Assembly: GCA_963737155.1 (NCBI GenBank)
Contig: CAVTRN010000002.1
Coordinates: forward strand, 352,001 to 416,000
Direction of reading: 5' to 3'
From: Nitrospirota bacterium
GTDB lineage: Bacteria; Nitrospirota; UBA9217
DNA length: 64,000 nt
Shown: piece after piece, positions 63,465 through 64,000 of the stretch
Position numbering within the stretch: position 1 is the stretch's first letter
How the letters are laid out: each line of letters starts with the position of its first letter
Notes under the pieces: generated by a model
Databases searched by the model: none
What the model was told of the DNA's origin: nothing
The model's input: the letters and a program-made list of their open reading frames with translations, nothing else
Position numbers and translations under genes: made by a program

Positions 63465-64000
63465 ATACTGCTCATTCTTGCAGTATTATCCTTATGCTGG
63501 TTCCGTTCATCGACGATCGATTCTTCTGGAGCGATCTCGACATAATAAATGGCCCCCGCAAAAAGGAAGCCACAGGAGCGCGATATACGTGGCGAGCTTA
63601 CTTCGTTCCATGATGCCGGACTAACTAATGCCTTAAAAAATGACGAACATTACTATAAGCAAAGATCCCGATAATTATACCATATTCAACTTCTACCGTT
63701 CCAATCTGCAATGTTCCTACCAAAAGCAGTTACTTATAAAAGCTAGGAATTGATTCTGTACGCAAAGCATACCTATGTTTCTTATCTGAACACCTGCACT
63801 TTTTGAAGGCAATCCTTTGCCGCTATTCCCCGAAGGGGCGCACCTCCTGGCAAACATCGCTTTCACGCAAAGCCCGCTGCAGGGAGTATAGACTTGGCAT
63901 AGGGGAGGGGGGACAGAAGCAACAAGAAACGACTACCAAGGGGGTAATGAAGTTTTTGACAAGTATTCGTCGATTAAATCCGATAGTCTTTTTATAAATC

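Noticed and set aside
63845-63900. c-di-GMP-I riboswitch suggested by GGCAAAC...ACGCAAAGC
   Set aside because: No GNRA-capped P2 stem between the motifs and no convincing P3; no Moco riboswitch pattern seen either

Overview
A 64-kb bacterial accessory region, probably from an anaerobe; the gene content is reminiscent of Nitrospirota or Desulfobacterota, which is an inference and not a result. It is dominated by signal transduction: four large histidine kinases plus one kinase fragment, a c-type-heme MCP, an orphan CheR, two REC-PilZ proteins, two REC-HD-GYP proteins, a membrane PAS-GGDEF cyclase and a hemerythrin. It also holds a complete mercury-methylation locus: an AbrB-like Cys-Cys protein, hgcA with the NVWCAAGK cap helix, and hgcB ending in CC. 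That locus is preceded by a palindromic operator-like region, has a decayed acr3-like stub between the AbrB-like gene and hgcA, and is bounded by an IS end and a receiver-gene scar. Other genes are iorAB-type molybdo-oxidoreductase, modABC plus a TOBE protein, pgi, a non-heme haloperoxidase, an L,D-transpeptidase and cls. One intact IS481-like element has a 6-bp target duplication. About ten pseudogenes or remnants show active decay and internal duplication. No rRNA, tRNA or CRISPR array was seen. All calls come from reading motifs by eye; no database searches were run.
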